Positions 1-9,228 of a stretch of 44,445 nucleotides of DNA are shown piece after piece. Position 1 is the stretch's first letter. Every line of letters starts with the position of its first letter. Source of the DNA: an uncultured Planctomycetales bacterium. Its GTDB lineage: Bacteria > Planctomycetota > Phycisphaerae > UBA1845 > Fen-1342. A program made the position numbers and the translations under genes. The notes beneath the pieces are model-generated. The model ran no database searches and had not been told where the DNA came from. It saw only the letters and a program-made list of their open reading frames with translations. The DNA is taken from positions 1 through 44,445 of the forward strand of contig CAZHIE010000003.1 of the NCBI GenBank assembly GCA_964532435.1, given 5' to 3'.

Positions 1-59
1 ATGAGGCGGTGGAGAAGGGCTGCAAGGTGGAGTTCAGGGCGGAGGAGTTTGTGGTGTGA
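1..59 (+). CDS. 3' end of an unidentified CDS (partial, runs off the left edge)
   Basis: Reading from position 3 gives ...EAVEKGCKVEFRAEEFVV followed by TGA at 57-59. Third codon positions are almost all G/C, as in the clear genes here. Too short to name. Confidence 0.3.
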   Translation, partial: EAVEKGCKVEFRAEEFVV

Positions 60-182
60 TGACTGCGCCCGCGCCGCGCGCGTCACCATCGGGTTGAAGT
101 TCGGTTCGCGGCGCACTATTCTCGTGTGAGCCAGCGCCGGTTGTGCGCAACGGTAGTTTCGAGATTGTGCGGCGGGTGAACC

Positions 183-596
183 GTGTCAAAGCGACTCGCG
201 CGAAATAGTGTTGGACGAACTGCACGTCGCGGAAAACGCGCGCATGCGGAACACTCTCGCCGTACACCGCTTCCGACGCCGCCGCTGCCCAAAGTCCGGG
301 GGGCCGGAAAGCCGACCACCTCGCTGGAGGGCACTGTCGTCAACGGCCGTATTCTGCTTGATTCGGCGAACGCCCTCCCCGACGGAACGCGCGTTCGCGT
401 AACAATCCGAAAAGATGTACGGCAGATTGCGAGGAAGCGCGGACAAAAGTCGACGTCGAAGCCACCGCGCACCCGCGCAAAGACCATTTGCGATCCCGAA
501 CTACTGGCGCTGGGCGGAACGGCCCTGGGGCTCCCCGCCGACCTGTCGCTCAATCTCGATCACTATCTGTATGGCGCCACGAAGCGCAGGCGATGA
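183..596 (+). CDS. Putative type II antitoxin, partner of the downstream PIN toxin
   Basis: GTG start at 183 (start uncertain). Contains LEGTVVNGRILLDSANALPDGTRVRVTI and a C-terminal DHYLYG-type tail, as in small antitoxins paired with VapC. Its TGA (594-596) overlaps the toxin ATG (593-595) as ATGA. Confidence 0.55.
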   Translation: MSKRLARNSVGRTARRGKRAHAEHSRRTPLPTPPLPKVRGAGKPTTSLEGTVVNGRILLDSANALPDGTRVRVTIRKDVRQIARKRGQKSTSKPPRTRAKTICDPELLALGGTALGLPADLSLNLDHYLYGATKRRR

Positions 597-991
597 AACG
601 GGTTTTCGCCGACACGGCATTTTTCATCGCATTCGCGAACCCGATGGACCCACATCACGAACGGGCGATGGAGATTATGCGCACCTACCCCGGGCGCGTG
701 ATAACGACAGTCTGGATTGTGGTGGAGTTCGGCAACGCCCTACTGCATCGGCGAACACGGCAGGTTGTGCCGGAGATTATCAAACGCGTGCGAGTCGATC
801 GACGGTTTGATATTCTCGACGCAGCCGAAGCTTCATTCGACGCCGGACTTGCGCTCTATGGAGCTCGGGTCGATAAGGAATGGTCCCTTGTCGATTGCAT
901 TTCATTTACGGTCATGCACATGCACGACGTGCGCGACGCACTGACATGCGATCATCACTTCGCGCAGGCGGGCTTCCGAATCGTGCTTTGA
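593..991 (+). CDS. vapC: PIN-domain ribonuclease toxin, VapC family
   Basis: MKRVFADTAFFIAF... about 132 aa with the expected conserved acidic residues (D near the N-terminus, E in VVEFGN, D in LVDCISF, D in TCDHHF). 4-nt overlap with the upstream small ORF. Confidence 0.85.
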   Translation: MKRVFADTAFFIAFANPMDPHHERAMEIMRTYPGRVITTVWIVVEFGNALLHRRTRQVVPEIIKRVRVDRRFDILDAAEASFDAGLALYGARVDKEWSLVDCISFTVMHMHDVRDALTCDHHFAQAGFRIVL

Positions 992-3021
992 TGAAGATGC
1001 AATGGCGAGTCGCGATTCGTTACCTGGCCTCGGGCTTGCTCGCGCAGGCCGGCGCGCTTGCGGTTTCCCAGGAGCTCCTCCGCACCGACAGCCCCGCCCA
1101 ATACGTCCACCGCATCACGCTCTACGATCATGCCGGCCGCGCCATCGACCCGGCCGACCCCGATGCGCCGCCCTACTCGCCCATCCGCACGTGCGGAAAG
1201 TGCCACGAAGTCGGACAGGTCTCGCACGGCTGGCACTTCAATGCGTGGGAAAGCCACGCAGCCACGCAGCCACGAAGCCACGAAGGTGCAAATGTGCCGC
1301 CGGGCCGGGCCGGCGAGCCGTGGATCCTGACCGATCGCGCCAGCGGCACACAGGTTCCGCTCTCCTACCGCGGTTGGGAGGGCGTTTTTTCGCCCGAGGA
1401 GTTCGGGCTGACGCCGTGGGACATGACGCTGCGCTTCGCCCACCACATTCCCGGCGGGGGATTCGGTAGTCCGCTCGCGCCGCCGGGCGAAACCGGACCT
1501 GGCGCGGCTGGCGCGCAGACCGCGCCGCAAGCGACGCCCGCCGCCGCGATTGCGCCCGGCGGCCGCTGGGCCATCTCCGGCGTGCTCGAAATCGACTGCA
1601 TGATGTGCCACAGCGCGGGCGCAGAGCACGACCCGGCCGAGTTGGAGCGGCAGATCGAGCGGCAGAATTTCCGCTGGGCGCCCACCGCGGCGCTGGGCCT
1701 GGGCATCCTTCGCGGCGACGCAAAATCTCTGCCGGATGACTATGACCCCGCTGTGCCGCCGCCGCCGGATCGCCAGGACTTGAAGCCGCCGACCATTCAA
1801 TACGACAAGTCGCGCTTCGACGGCGACAACCGCGTCTATTTCAACGTCACGCGCCGCCCGCCGGTCGATCGCTGCCTCTTCTGCCACGGCACGCGCGTCG
1901 TCGGGCCGACCGCGCCGCCAAAGTGGCTGACCAGCGCCGACGTCCACATTTCCGCCGGGTTGCTCTGCACCGATTGCCACCGCAACGACATCGGCCACGA
2001 CATCACGCGCGGCTATCCGGACGAAGCCGCCACGCGCGGCGAGCCGGCGCGGGCGGCGCTCTCGTGCGAAGGCTGCCACCTGGGCGTGCGCGCCGCGCCG
2101 CGAACCGGCGGCGCCACGGGCGCGACCAGCGCCGACAATCCGATGGCGATTCGCGCCGTCGGCGGGCTTTACGGCGCGCCGCATCCGCAGCACGGCGGCC
2201 TGCCTGCGTTTCATCTGCAATTGCTCACCTGCACAGCGTGCCACAGCGGCCCCTGGCCGGAGCAGACGCCCCGGCGATTTCAAACGGCGATGGCGCATGG
2301 GCTTGGCGTGCCGACCAAGCTGCGCCGCGACGATGATCCGCCGCGGATCGTCGGTCCGTATTTCGAGCGCGGCGTCGATGGGCAGATCACGCCGATGCGC
2401 GTGGTCGATACGGCGTTTTTCGCGCGCGAGAAAGACGGGAAATTCCGGCCGATCCCGCTGTCCGCCGTGCAACAGGCGATTCGAAAACTCCGCGGGCGCG
2501 AGAGCGCCCGGCGAAATGCGCCCGCCTCTGCGCCCAGCGCCGACGAGCTGAAGATCTTGCTGGGGCAGCTTTCGTCCGCCGACGGCCGGGCCGCCTATCT
2601 GCACAACGGCTGGGCGAGCTATCTGGCCGACGGCGGCGCGCTGGAGACGCGCTTTGAGCCCACCGCGGCCGCGTATGCCTGGCCGATCGCGCATGACGTG
2701 CGGCCGGCCCGCCACGCGCTGGGCGCGGTGCGCGGGTGCCAGGACTGTCATCGCGAAGATTCGCCGCTGTACACCGGCGCGCAGAGCGCGAAGCCCGGCG
2801 CGCCAGGCGCCGCCGACGCGACGGCCGCTCAGCCGCGCCGCGCGCTTCATCCCGAGCAGCCGGCGCTGCTGCGCGCGTGGGCGATCGTCATGGCGAATCG
2901 TACGGTGGCCGAGATCGGCGGCTGGTTTCTCGCCACGGTCGTGGGCTGCGTGGCGACGTGGTTCATCGCCTCCGGGCTGATCGGGTTCATTCAGAGGACA
3001 TGCGGGTGGCGACGGAACTGA
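991..3021 (+). CDS. Heptahaem c-type cytochrome with signal peptide and C-terminal TM anchor
   Basis: Seven CxxCH motifs: CGKCH, CMMCH, CLFCH, CTDCH, CEGCH, CTACH, CQDCH. N-terminus MKMQWRVAIRYLASGLLAQAGALAVS looks like a signal peptide. A hydrophobic helix GGWFLATVVGCVATWFIASGLIGFI lies at the C-terminus. The ATG at 991 overlaps the vapC TGA by 1 nt; ATG 997 is an alternative start. Confidence 0.8.
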   Translation: MKMQWRVAIRYLASGLLAQAGALAVSQELLRTDSPAQYVHRITLYDHAGRAIDPADPDAPPYSPIRTCGKCHEVGQVSHGWHFNAWESHAATQPRSHEGANVPPGRAGEPWILTDRASGTQVPLSYRGWEGVFSPEEFGLTPWDMTLRFAHHIPGGGFGSPLAPPGETGPGAAGAQTAPQATPAAAIAPGGRWAISGVLEIDCMMCHSAGAEHDPAELERQIERQNFRWAPTAALGLGILRGDAKSLPDDYDPAVPPPPDRQDLKPPTIQYDKSRFDGDNRVYFNVTRRPPVDRCLFCHGTRVVGPTAPPKWLTSADVHISAGLLCTDCHRNDIGHDITRGYPDEAATRGEPARAALSCEGCHLGVRAAPRTGGATGATSADNPMAIRAVGGLYGAPHPQHGGLPAFHLQLLTCTACHSGPWPEQTPRRFQTAMAHGLGVPTKLRRDDDPPRIVGPYFERGVDGQITPMRVVDTAFFAREKDGKFRPIPLSAVQQAIRKLRGRESARRNAPASAPSADELKILLGQLSSADGRAAYLHNGWASYLADGGALETRFEPTAAAYAWPIAHDVRPARHALGAVRGCQDCHREDSPLYTGAQSAKPGAPGAADATAAQPRRALHPEQPALLRAWAIVMANRTVAEIGGWFLATVVGCVATWFIASGLIGFIQRTCGWRRN

Positions 3022-3536
3022 GCCTCGCACTGCTGATCGCCGCGGCGGGCGTGGTGGCGCGCTTCGTGCTGCCGCGCCGGCGCGGTCCGGACGCCGCAGC
3101 GCGTGCGGATTACCCCTGCGGCCGCTGGCCCACTCGCGCGGTCACGGTCGTGCTATTGCTGGCGTTGGCTGCGCTCGCGCTCACGTCGATCGTCGGATTG
3201 GTGCGCTTCGGGCAATTTCGCGGCTGGCTGCTTCTAACGCACGTGCTGGTCTCGCCCGTGTTCCTGATCTGCCTGGCGCTGTGGGCGCTGCTGCTGGCCG
3301 CGCGGCGCAACGCGGCGCCCGCGACCGCGCGCCGCGACGGCCTGACGGCGGCGGGCGACGCGCTGCTGCTGGTCGGCGGCGCCGCGTGCGTTCTGTCGAT
3401 CCTGTTCGTGACGCTGCCGACCGTCGGCTATACTCTTCAGCCGAAAGCGCTGGCGGTTCACCATTACGCCGGCCTGGCGCTGGTGGTCGGCGCGATCTGG
3501 AAAGTCGTCGCGGTGCTGTTGCTTCGCGCGCGCTGA
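3000..3536 (+). CDS. Polytopic (about 5 TM) membrane protein, possible partner of the cytochrome
   Basis: ATG at 3000 preceded by AGAGGA (2993-2998); overlaps the cytochrome 3' end by 22 nt. Five hydrophobic segments. His residues sit in or at TM segments (LLLTHVLV, AVHHYAGL). Confidence 0.6.
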   Translation: MRVATELSLALLIAAAGVVARFVLPRRRGPDAAARADYPCGRWPTRAVTVVLLLALAALALTSIVGLVRFGQFRGWLLLTHVLVSPVFLICLALWALLLAARRNAAPATARRDGLTAAGDALLLVGGAACVLSILFVTLPTVGYTLQPKALAVHHYAGLALVVGAIWKVVAVLLLRAR

Positions 3537-3593
3537 GCCGCGTCACAACGACTCGCGCGACCCATCGTCCACACACGAAGCGGGTGCTCGCAC

Positions 3594-4337
3594 ATGAAAC
3601 GTCCCGGAATCACGACCATCGCGTTCGTCGCGTACCTGTGCGCGACAATCGGCCCGCTCGCCGCGCAGGACAAGCCGCCCGCCAAGTCCGCCGCGCCCGC
3701 GGCGGGCACGCAGCCGGCCGCGTCGCAGCCGGCGGGCGACCTTGCGCCGCTCGACCTGAAGCTGCCGAAGCCGGCGTTTCGCGGAACGCCGAAGGACGTT
3801 CCGCCCGGCGCCAACCTGGAGCCGCCGCGCAAGGGTCCGCGCCCACCGCTCATGGCGCCGAAGGGCACGGCGCTGCTTTCGGCCGGGAAGAAAGTCACCG
3901 CCAGCGACACCGATCCGATCATCGGTTCTGCCAAACTGATCACCGACGGCGACAAGGAGGCGAAGGAGGGGAGCGCGGTCGAGTTCGGCCCCGGCCTGCA
4001 ATGGGCGCAGGTCGATCTGGGGTCGCGCTTTGCGATACACGCCGTCGCGATCTGGCACTTTCACGCCAACGCGCGAATCTATCACGACGTCGTGGCGCAG
4101 GTGAGCGACGATCCCGACTTCGTGAAGGACGTGAAGACGATCTTCAACAACGACCACGACAACTCGTCCGGCCTGGGCATGGGCACGGACAAGGAATTCT
4201 GGGAAACGTACGAAGGCAAGCTGATCGAGGCCCGCGGCGTCGTCGGGCGCTACGTGCGCTGCTACAGCAAGGGCAGCACCGCCGACGATCAGAATCACTA
4301 CACGGAGATCGAAGTCTACGGCACGCCGGCCAAGTAG
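3594..4337 (+). CDS. Secreted F5/8 type C (discoidin)-like domain protein
   Basis: Signal peptide MKRPGITTIAFVAYLCATIGPLAAQ, then a Pro/Ala-rich linker. Followed by ...ITDGDKEAKEGSAVEFGPGLQWAQVDLGSRFAIHAVAIWHF..., typical of galactose-binding-like/discoidin domains. Confidence 0.65.
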   Translation: MKRPGITTIAFVAYLCATIGPLAAQDKPPAKSAAPAAGTQPAASQPAGDLAPLDLKLPKPAFRGTPKDVPPGANLEPPRKGPRPPLMAPKGTALLSAGKKVTASDTDPIIGSAKLITDGDKEAKEGSAVEFGPGLQWAQVDLGSRFAIHAVAIWHFHANARIYHDVVAQVSDDPDFVKDVKTIFNNDHDNSSGLGMGTDKEFWETYEGKLIEARGVVGRYVRCYSKGSTADDQNHYTEIEVYGTPAK

Positions 4338-4348
4338 CGCCAAGCGCC

Positions 4349-4843
4349 CTATTCGCCCGCGCGGGCTCGCATCGCGACGTACGCTTCGAGCTGGAGCACG
4401 TTCTCGCCGGCCAGCGTCGCGACTTGCAGCAGTTGCTCCATCGAGCCGATCTCCTCGACCTGCTCATCGACGAACCACTGCAGGAAACTGCGCGTCGCGT
4501 AGTCCTTCTCCTGTTCCGCCAGCGCGACCAGCTCGTGAATCTGCCGCGTGACGTGCTTCTCGTGCTCCAGCGCGGCCTCGATCGCGGCGCGCACGCCCGC
4601 GTGAGAGGCCGGCGGCGCGGCCAGTGGCGCCAGCACGACTTTCGCCCCGACGCTCAGCAGATAATCGAGAATCTTCAGCGCGTGCGAGCGCTCCTCTTCG
4701 GTCTGTTTGCGAAAATGCCCGGCCAGCGCGGCCAGGCCCGTTTCCGCGAACTGGCACGCCATCGCCAGATACGCCTGCGACGCGCCGAACTCGTTGGACA
4801 CCTGTTCGTTGAGCTTGGCGGCGACCGCCTTGGGAATCTGCAT
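4349..4843 (-). CDS. ftn: Ferritin-like iron storage protein
   Basis: MQIPKAVAAKLNEQVSNEFGASQAYLAMA...EEERSHALK...FLQWFVDEQVEE: ferritin four-helix-bundle signature with di-iron site residues. GGGAGG RBS just upstream of the ATG (complement of 4841-4843). Confidence 0.85.
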   Translation of the reverse strand: MQIPKAVAAKLNEQVSNEFGASQAYLAMACQFAETGLAALAGHFRKQTEEERSHALKILDYLLSVGAKVVLAPLAAPPASHAGVRAAIEAALEHEKHVTRQIHELVALAEQEKDYATRSFLQWFVDEQVEEIGSMEQLLQVATLAGENVLQLEAYVAMRARAGE

Positions 4844-4984
4844 GATTCGACCTCCCGGCGCCGGCGGGCACAGCCGCTCGGCATGAGCAGTGTAGCCCCA
4901 GCACGGTCGCTTGCCACGCGCGCCGGGCCGCGCGAAGGCCGGTCGGCGTGCGCTCTTTCCGTCGCCGCGCGATATCCTGCGCGC

Positions 4985-6328
4985 ATGGATCTCTTCGAGG
5001 AGCAGCGCGAGGCGGCTTTGGCCGCGGCGGCCCCGCTGGCCGTTCGCATGCGCCCGCGCACGCTGGACGAATTCGTCGGACAGTCTCACTTTCTCGGGGA
5101 GGGCCGGCTGCTGCGGCGCATGCTCGAAGCGGATCGCCTCACGAGCGCGATTTTCTACGGCCCGCCCGGCTGCGGAAAGACGACGTTGGCGCGCGTCATC
5201 GCGACGCAGACGCGGGCCGCGTTCGAGACGCTGCACGCGGCCGAAGCGGGCGTGAAGGAAGTGCGCGGCGTGATCGCCACGGCCCGGCAGCGTCTGCTCA
5301 GCGGGCAGCGCACCGTGCTGTTTCTCGACGAGATTCACCGCTTCAACCGCGCGCAGCAGGACGTGCTGCTGCGCGACGTCGAAGAGGGCGTGCTGATCCT
5401 CATCGGCGCGACCACCGAGAACCCGTTCTTCTCCGTAAACGCCCCGCTCGTATCGCGCAGCAACGTGTTCGAGTTCCAGCCGCTCTCGCCCGCGGAGCTG
5501 CTCGCGCTCCTGCGCCGCGCGCTGGCCGACGAGGAACGCGGGCTCGGCCGGCTCCGCGCGCGCGTGGACGAAGACGCGCTGCGCTTCCTGGCCGAAACCG
5601 CCGACGGCGACGCCCGCCGCGCGCTCGCCGCGCTCGAGATCGCGGTGCGCTCCACCGCGCCCGCGCCTGCCGCGCCCGGCCCGCACATAACGCGCGCCAT
5701 CGCGGCCGAGTCCGTGCAGCGCAAGCCAATCTCGTACGACGCCGCGGGCGACACGCACTACGACGTCGCCTCCGCGCTGATCAAGAGCATTCGCGGCAGC
5801 GACGCCGACGCGGCGCTCTACTGGCTCGCGCGGATGCTCGAAGGCGGCGAAGACCCGCGCTTCATCGCGCGCCGTATCGCCATCGCCGCGTCCGAAGACG
5901 TCGGCAACGCCGACCCGCACGCCGTCGTCGTCGCCGCCGCGGCCGTTCAGATTTCCGAGCTGGTCGGCCTGCCCGAATGCCAGTATCCGCTGGCGCAGGC
6001 GGCGATTTACCTGGCGCTGGCGCCGAAATCCAACGCGGTGAAGCGCGCCATCGCCGCCGCCGGCGACGCCGTCCGCACACAGCCGATTCTGCCCGTGCCG
6101 CCGCACCTGCGCGATCGCAGCTACTCCGGCGCGGAGCGCCTCGGCCGCGGCGAGGGTTACGTCTATCCTCACGATCTGCCCGGCGCGATCGCGGCGCAGG
6201 ACTATCTCGGCGCGGTCCGCGACTTCTATGAACCTACCGAGAATGGCGCCGAGGCGGAGCTCGCCCGCAGGCTGCGCGCCGCCCGGGCTGTCCTGCGCTC
6301 GGCCGGCGACGACGGAAGAAAGCCATGA
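4985..6328 (+). CDS. rarA: Replication-associated recombination protein A (AAA+ ATPase)
   Basis: MDLFEEQ...RPRTLDEFVGQSHFLGEG..., Walker A GPPGCGKTT, Walker B LFLDEIHRFN, and a MgsA-type C-terminal domain (DAALYWLARMLEGGEDPRFIARR). Confidence 0.9.
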   Translation: MDLFEEQREAALAAAAPLAVRMRPRTLDEFVGQSHFLGEGRLLRRMLEADRLTSAIFYGPPGCGKTTLARVIATQTRAAFETLHAAEAGVKEVRGVIATARQRLLSGQRTVLFLDEIHRFNRAQQDVLLRDVEEGVLILIGATTENPFFSVNAPLVSRSNVFEFQPLSPAELLALLRRALADEERGLGRLRARVDEDALRFLAETADGDARRALAALEIAVRSTAPAPAAPGPHITRAIAAESVQRKPISYDAAGDTHYDVASALIKSIRGSDADAALYWLARMLEGGEDPRFIARRIAIAASEDVGNADPHAVVVAAAAVQISELVGLPECQYPLAQAAIYLALAPKSNAVKRAIAAAGDAVRTQPILPVPPHLRDRSYSGAERLGRGEGYVYPHDLPGAIAAQDYLGAVRDFYEPTENGAEAELARRLRAARAVLRSAGDDGRKP

Positions 6329-6900
6329 CCAAGAAGGAGACACGGGCCGAAGTCCGCAGCCGGTTGGCCGGCGTCGATCCGGCGATGCGCGCGGCGCGCA
6401 GCGCCGTCGCGTGTCAGCGGCTGTGCGCACTGCCCGAATACCGCCGCTCCGCCGTCGTCATGATCTACCTGGCGATGCCGGGCGAGATCGACACCATGCA
6501 CGTCACGCTCGACGCATGGGCTTCGCACAAGCGCATCGCCGCGCCGCGCGTCGTGTGGGACGAATCGCAGATGACTCCGGTCGAAATCTCGTCGCTCGCC
6601 AGCCTCGGCGAAGACCTCGACGGCGCCGTCGCGCAGCCGCCCGACGGTCCGCCCGTGCCGATCGAAGAGATCGATCTCGTCATCGTCCCGGGCCTGGCGT
6701 TCGACGAATTCGGCAACCGGCTCGGGCGCGGACGCGGCTTTTACGACCGCTTTCTGGCGCGGCCGGGGTTTCGCGCGTTTCTGTGCGGCCTGGCTTTCGA
6801 GGAGCAGGTCTTCGCGCGCATCCCCGTCGAAGCGCACGACGTTCCGATTCACGCGCTGGTCACCGACGCAAGCGTGCGGCGATTCCCGCCGCCCGCATGA
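6325..6900 (+). CDS. 5-formyltetrahydrofolate cyclo-ligase
   Basis: IDLVIVPGLAFDEFGNRLGRGRGFYDRFL matches the family signature. ATGA overlap with the rarA stop. Confidence 0.85.
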   Translation: MTKKETRAEVRSRLAGVDPAMRAARSAVACQRLCALPEYRRSAVVMIYLAMPGEIDTMHVTLDAWASHKRIAAPRVVWDESQMTPVEISSLASLGEDLDGAVAQPPDGPPVPIEEIDLVIVPGLAFDEFGNRLGRGRGFYDRFLARPGFRAFLCGLAFEEQVFARIPVEAHDVPIHALVTDASVRRFPPPA

Positions 6901-6931
6901 CCTCGCCGCCGCCGCGGCGTAGGATGCGCGC

Positions 6932-8569
6932 ATGCAGACGATCGCCCGTCGCCGCTACCTGACGAATTTCGATCATCACCGCCTGCCGCACCTGTTCACC
7001 GACGTGCTCGTGCTCGGCACCGGCGTCGCCGGGCTGCGCGCCGCGCTCGCCGCGGCCGAAGCGGGCGACGTCCTCATCCTCGCGAAGGACTCGGCCGAGT
7101 TGTCCTGCACGGCCTGGGCACAGGGCGGTATCGCGGCGGCCATCGGCGCGGGCGACGCGCCGGAGGATCACGCCCGCGACACGCTCAGCGTCGCCGGCGA
7201 GCTTGGCGACCCGGCGATCACCCGACTCGTCGTCTCCGAGGCGCCCGCCGCGATTCGCGAACTCGCGCAGTGGGGCGCGGCGTTCGACACGACCGGCGCG
7301 GACCTCGCACTCGGCCGCGAAGGCGGACACAGCACCGCCCGCATCATTCACGCGCATGGCGACGCGACCGGCGCGGAAGTCGCGCGCGTGCTGCTGGCGC
7401 AGGTCCGCCGCGGCGGCCGTCTGCGCCTCTTCGAGCGCTGCTTCGCGATCGATCTGCTGACGCACGACGGCCGCGTCGTCGGCGCCGTGACGCACCATCC
7501 GAAGTACGGCCACCAGTGCATCTGGGCGAAGGCCACGATTCTCGCCACGGGCGGCGCCGGGCGCGTCTATCGCGAGTCGACCAACCCCGCCACGGCGACG
7601 GGCGACGGCCTGGCGCTGGCGCTGCGGGCCGGCGCGACGCTGCGCGACATGGAGTTCATGCAGTTTCACCCGACGACGCTCTACGTTGCCGGCGCGGCCC
7701 GCGCGCTGATCAGCGAAGCCGTGCGCGGCGAAGGCGCGCGGCTGGTCACGCGCAGCGGCCGGCGCTTCATGCTCGACTACGACGCGCGGGCGGAGCTGGC
7801 GCCGCGCGACATCGTCAGCCGCGCGATCAATGCGGAGATGAAGCGCGAATCGGCCCCCTGCGTCTATCTCGACGCGCGCCATTTCGCCCCCGGGCGATTC
7901 GTCGAGCGCTTCCCGCACCTCGATCACCTGTGCCGCGATTTCGACATCCGGCCGGAGCGCGACCTCATCCCGGTCCGGCCCGGCGCGCACTACACCATCG
8001 GCGGCGTGCGCTGCGACACCGACGGGCGCACCGGCATCCGCGGGCTGCTCGCCTGCGGCGAAGCCGCGTGCAGCGGACTGCACGGCGCAAACCGCCTGGC
8101 CAGCAACTCGCTGCTCGAAGGGCTCGTGCTCGGGCGGCGCGTCGGGGCGGCCGCCGCGGCCGACGTCTGCGCCGCGGGCGAAGCCAGTTGGCGCGTGCCG
8201 CCGTTGTCGCACGTTCTGCCGGTTTCGCTGCGCACGGAGCTGGACGTAAGCGACGTGCAGAACAGCTTGCGCAGCCTCATGTCGCGCAGCGTCGGCGTGG
8301 AGCGCACCGCCGCCAGCCTGCACGAAGCGCGCGAATCGCTGGATTTCTGGGCTCGTTACGTGATGGAGAAAGTGTTCGACGGGCCAGCGGCGTGGGAGAC
8401 GCAGAACATGCTCACCGTCGCCGTGTGCATGGTTCTCGCGGCCGACGCGCGCCGCGAATCGCGCGGCGTCCATTTCCGCGCCGATTACCCGCAGCCCGAC
8501 CCGGCCCAGCGCCGCCACAGCGAGATCACGCGCGTCGGCGAAGAGCTGATCCTGCGCACAACGGGCTGA
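6932..8569 (+). CDS. nadB: L-aspartate oxidase
   Basis: FAD-binding VLVLGTGVAGLRAAL, ...CTAWAQGGIAAA..., HGANRLASNSLLEGLV; length and order typical of NadB. Confidence 0.9.
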   Translation: MQTIARRRYLTNFDHHRLPHLFTDVLVLGTGVAGLRAALAAAEAGDVLILAKDSAELSCTAWAQGGIAAAIGAGDAPEDHARDTLSVAGELGDPAITRLVVSEAPAAIRELAQWGAAFDTTGADLALGREGGHSTARIIHAHGDATGAEVARVLLAQVRRGGRLRLFERCFAIDLLTHDGRVVGAVTHHPKYGHQCIWAKATILATGGAGRVYRESTNPATATGDGLALALRAGATLRDMEFMQFHPTTLYVAGAARALISEAVRGEGARLVTRSGRRFMLDYDARAELAPRDIVSRAINAEMKRESAPCVYLDARHFAPGRFVERFPHLDHLCRDFDIRPERDLIPVRPGAHYTIGGVRCDTDGRTGIRGLLACGEAACSGLHGANRLASNSLLEGLVLGRRVGAAAAADVCAAGEASWRVPPLSHVLPVSLRTELDVSDVQNSLRSLMSRSVGVERTAASLHEARESLDFWARYVMEKVFDGPAAWETQNMLTVAVCMVLAADARRESRGVHFRADYPQPDPAQRRHSEITRVGEELILRTTG

Positions 8570-8607
8570 GCGCGGGATGTCCGGGATTTCCGCATTCGCG
8601 CCCCGTA

Positions 8608-9138
8608 CTACTTCGCCGGCGCAGGCGGAGTCATCACGGCCCCGCACTTCCGGCACGTGCGCATCGCCTCATTGCCTGCGCCCCAGAACTGCTCCATTAC
8701 CGACTTGAGCTGCCCAACGATGTCCTTCAGGTCGAATTCCGGCTCGTACACAACCGCCCCGCACTTGTCGCAGTAAAAGCGCAGATGGTCTTTCATCCCC
8801 GCCGGACGCTGCCGCTCCACCACCATGCCGACCGTGCCGGCCGGCCGCTGCGGCGAATGCGGAATTCCCGGCGGGAGCAGGAACAGCTCGCCCTGCCGAA
8901 TGGGGACGTCGCGCTTCACGCCGTTCTCGATCACCTTGACGGTGATGTCGCCCTCCACCTGGTAGTACAACTCCTCGGTCTGGTTGACGTGATAGTCCTT
9001 GCGCTGGTTCGGGCCGCCCACGATCATCACGATGAAGTCGCGGTCCTTCCACACCATCTGGTTGCCCACCGGCGGCTTGAGCAGGTGGCGATGCTCATCG
9101 ATCCAACCCTTCAGGTTGATGGGCGGCGACATCGACAT
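8608..9138 (-). CDS. nbaC: 3-hydroxyanthranilate 3,4-dioxygenase (cupin)
   Basis: INLKGWIDEHRHLLKPPVGNQMVW...RKDYHVNQTEELYYQVEGD...PPGIPHSPQR, plus C-terminal CDKCG...CRKCG rubredoxin-like Cys pairs. Start chosen at the ATG with an AGGAGA RBS (ORF-track start 9168 is an upstream GTG). Confidence 0.85.
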   Translation of the reverse strand: MSMSPPINLKGWIDEHRHLLKPPVGNQMVWKDRDFIVMIVGGPNQRKDYHVNQTEELYYQVEGDITVKVIENGVKRDVPIRQGELFLLPPGIPHSPQRPAGTVGMVVERQRPAGMKDHLRFYCDKCGAVVYEPEFDLKDIVGQLKSVMEQFWGAGNEAMRTCRKCGAVMTPPAPAK

Positions 9139-9228
9139 GGGCGTCTCCTGGCAGGTCTTGCGCATCACGCGCGGCGACGGCGCTCCGGCGCGAAGTCTAC
9201 GTGCCCGTCGCGCGGCCGGTCAACTTTT

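Noticed and set aside
955-3030. Very long ORFs antisense to or out of frame with clear genes: 955-3030(-), the upstream part of 4349-6430(-), 6860-8656(-), 9460-11580(-), 18253-20775(-), 24136-26244(+), 26526-29603(-), 33841-36987(+), 37956-40226(-).
   Set aside because: These are typical shadow ORFs of very GC-rich DNA. Their translations are Arg/Ala/Gly/Pro-rich low complexity with no motifs, while the opposite or alternative frame carries unambiguous conserved-domain signatures.
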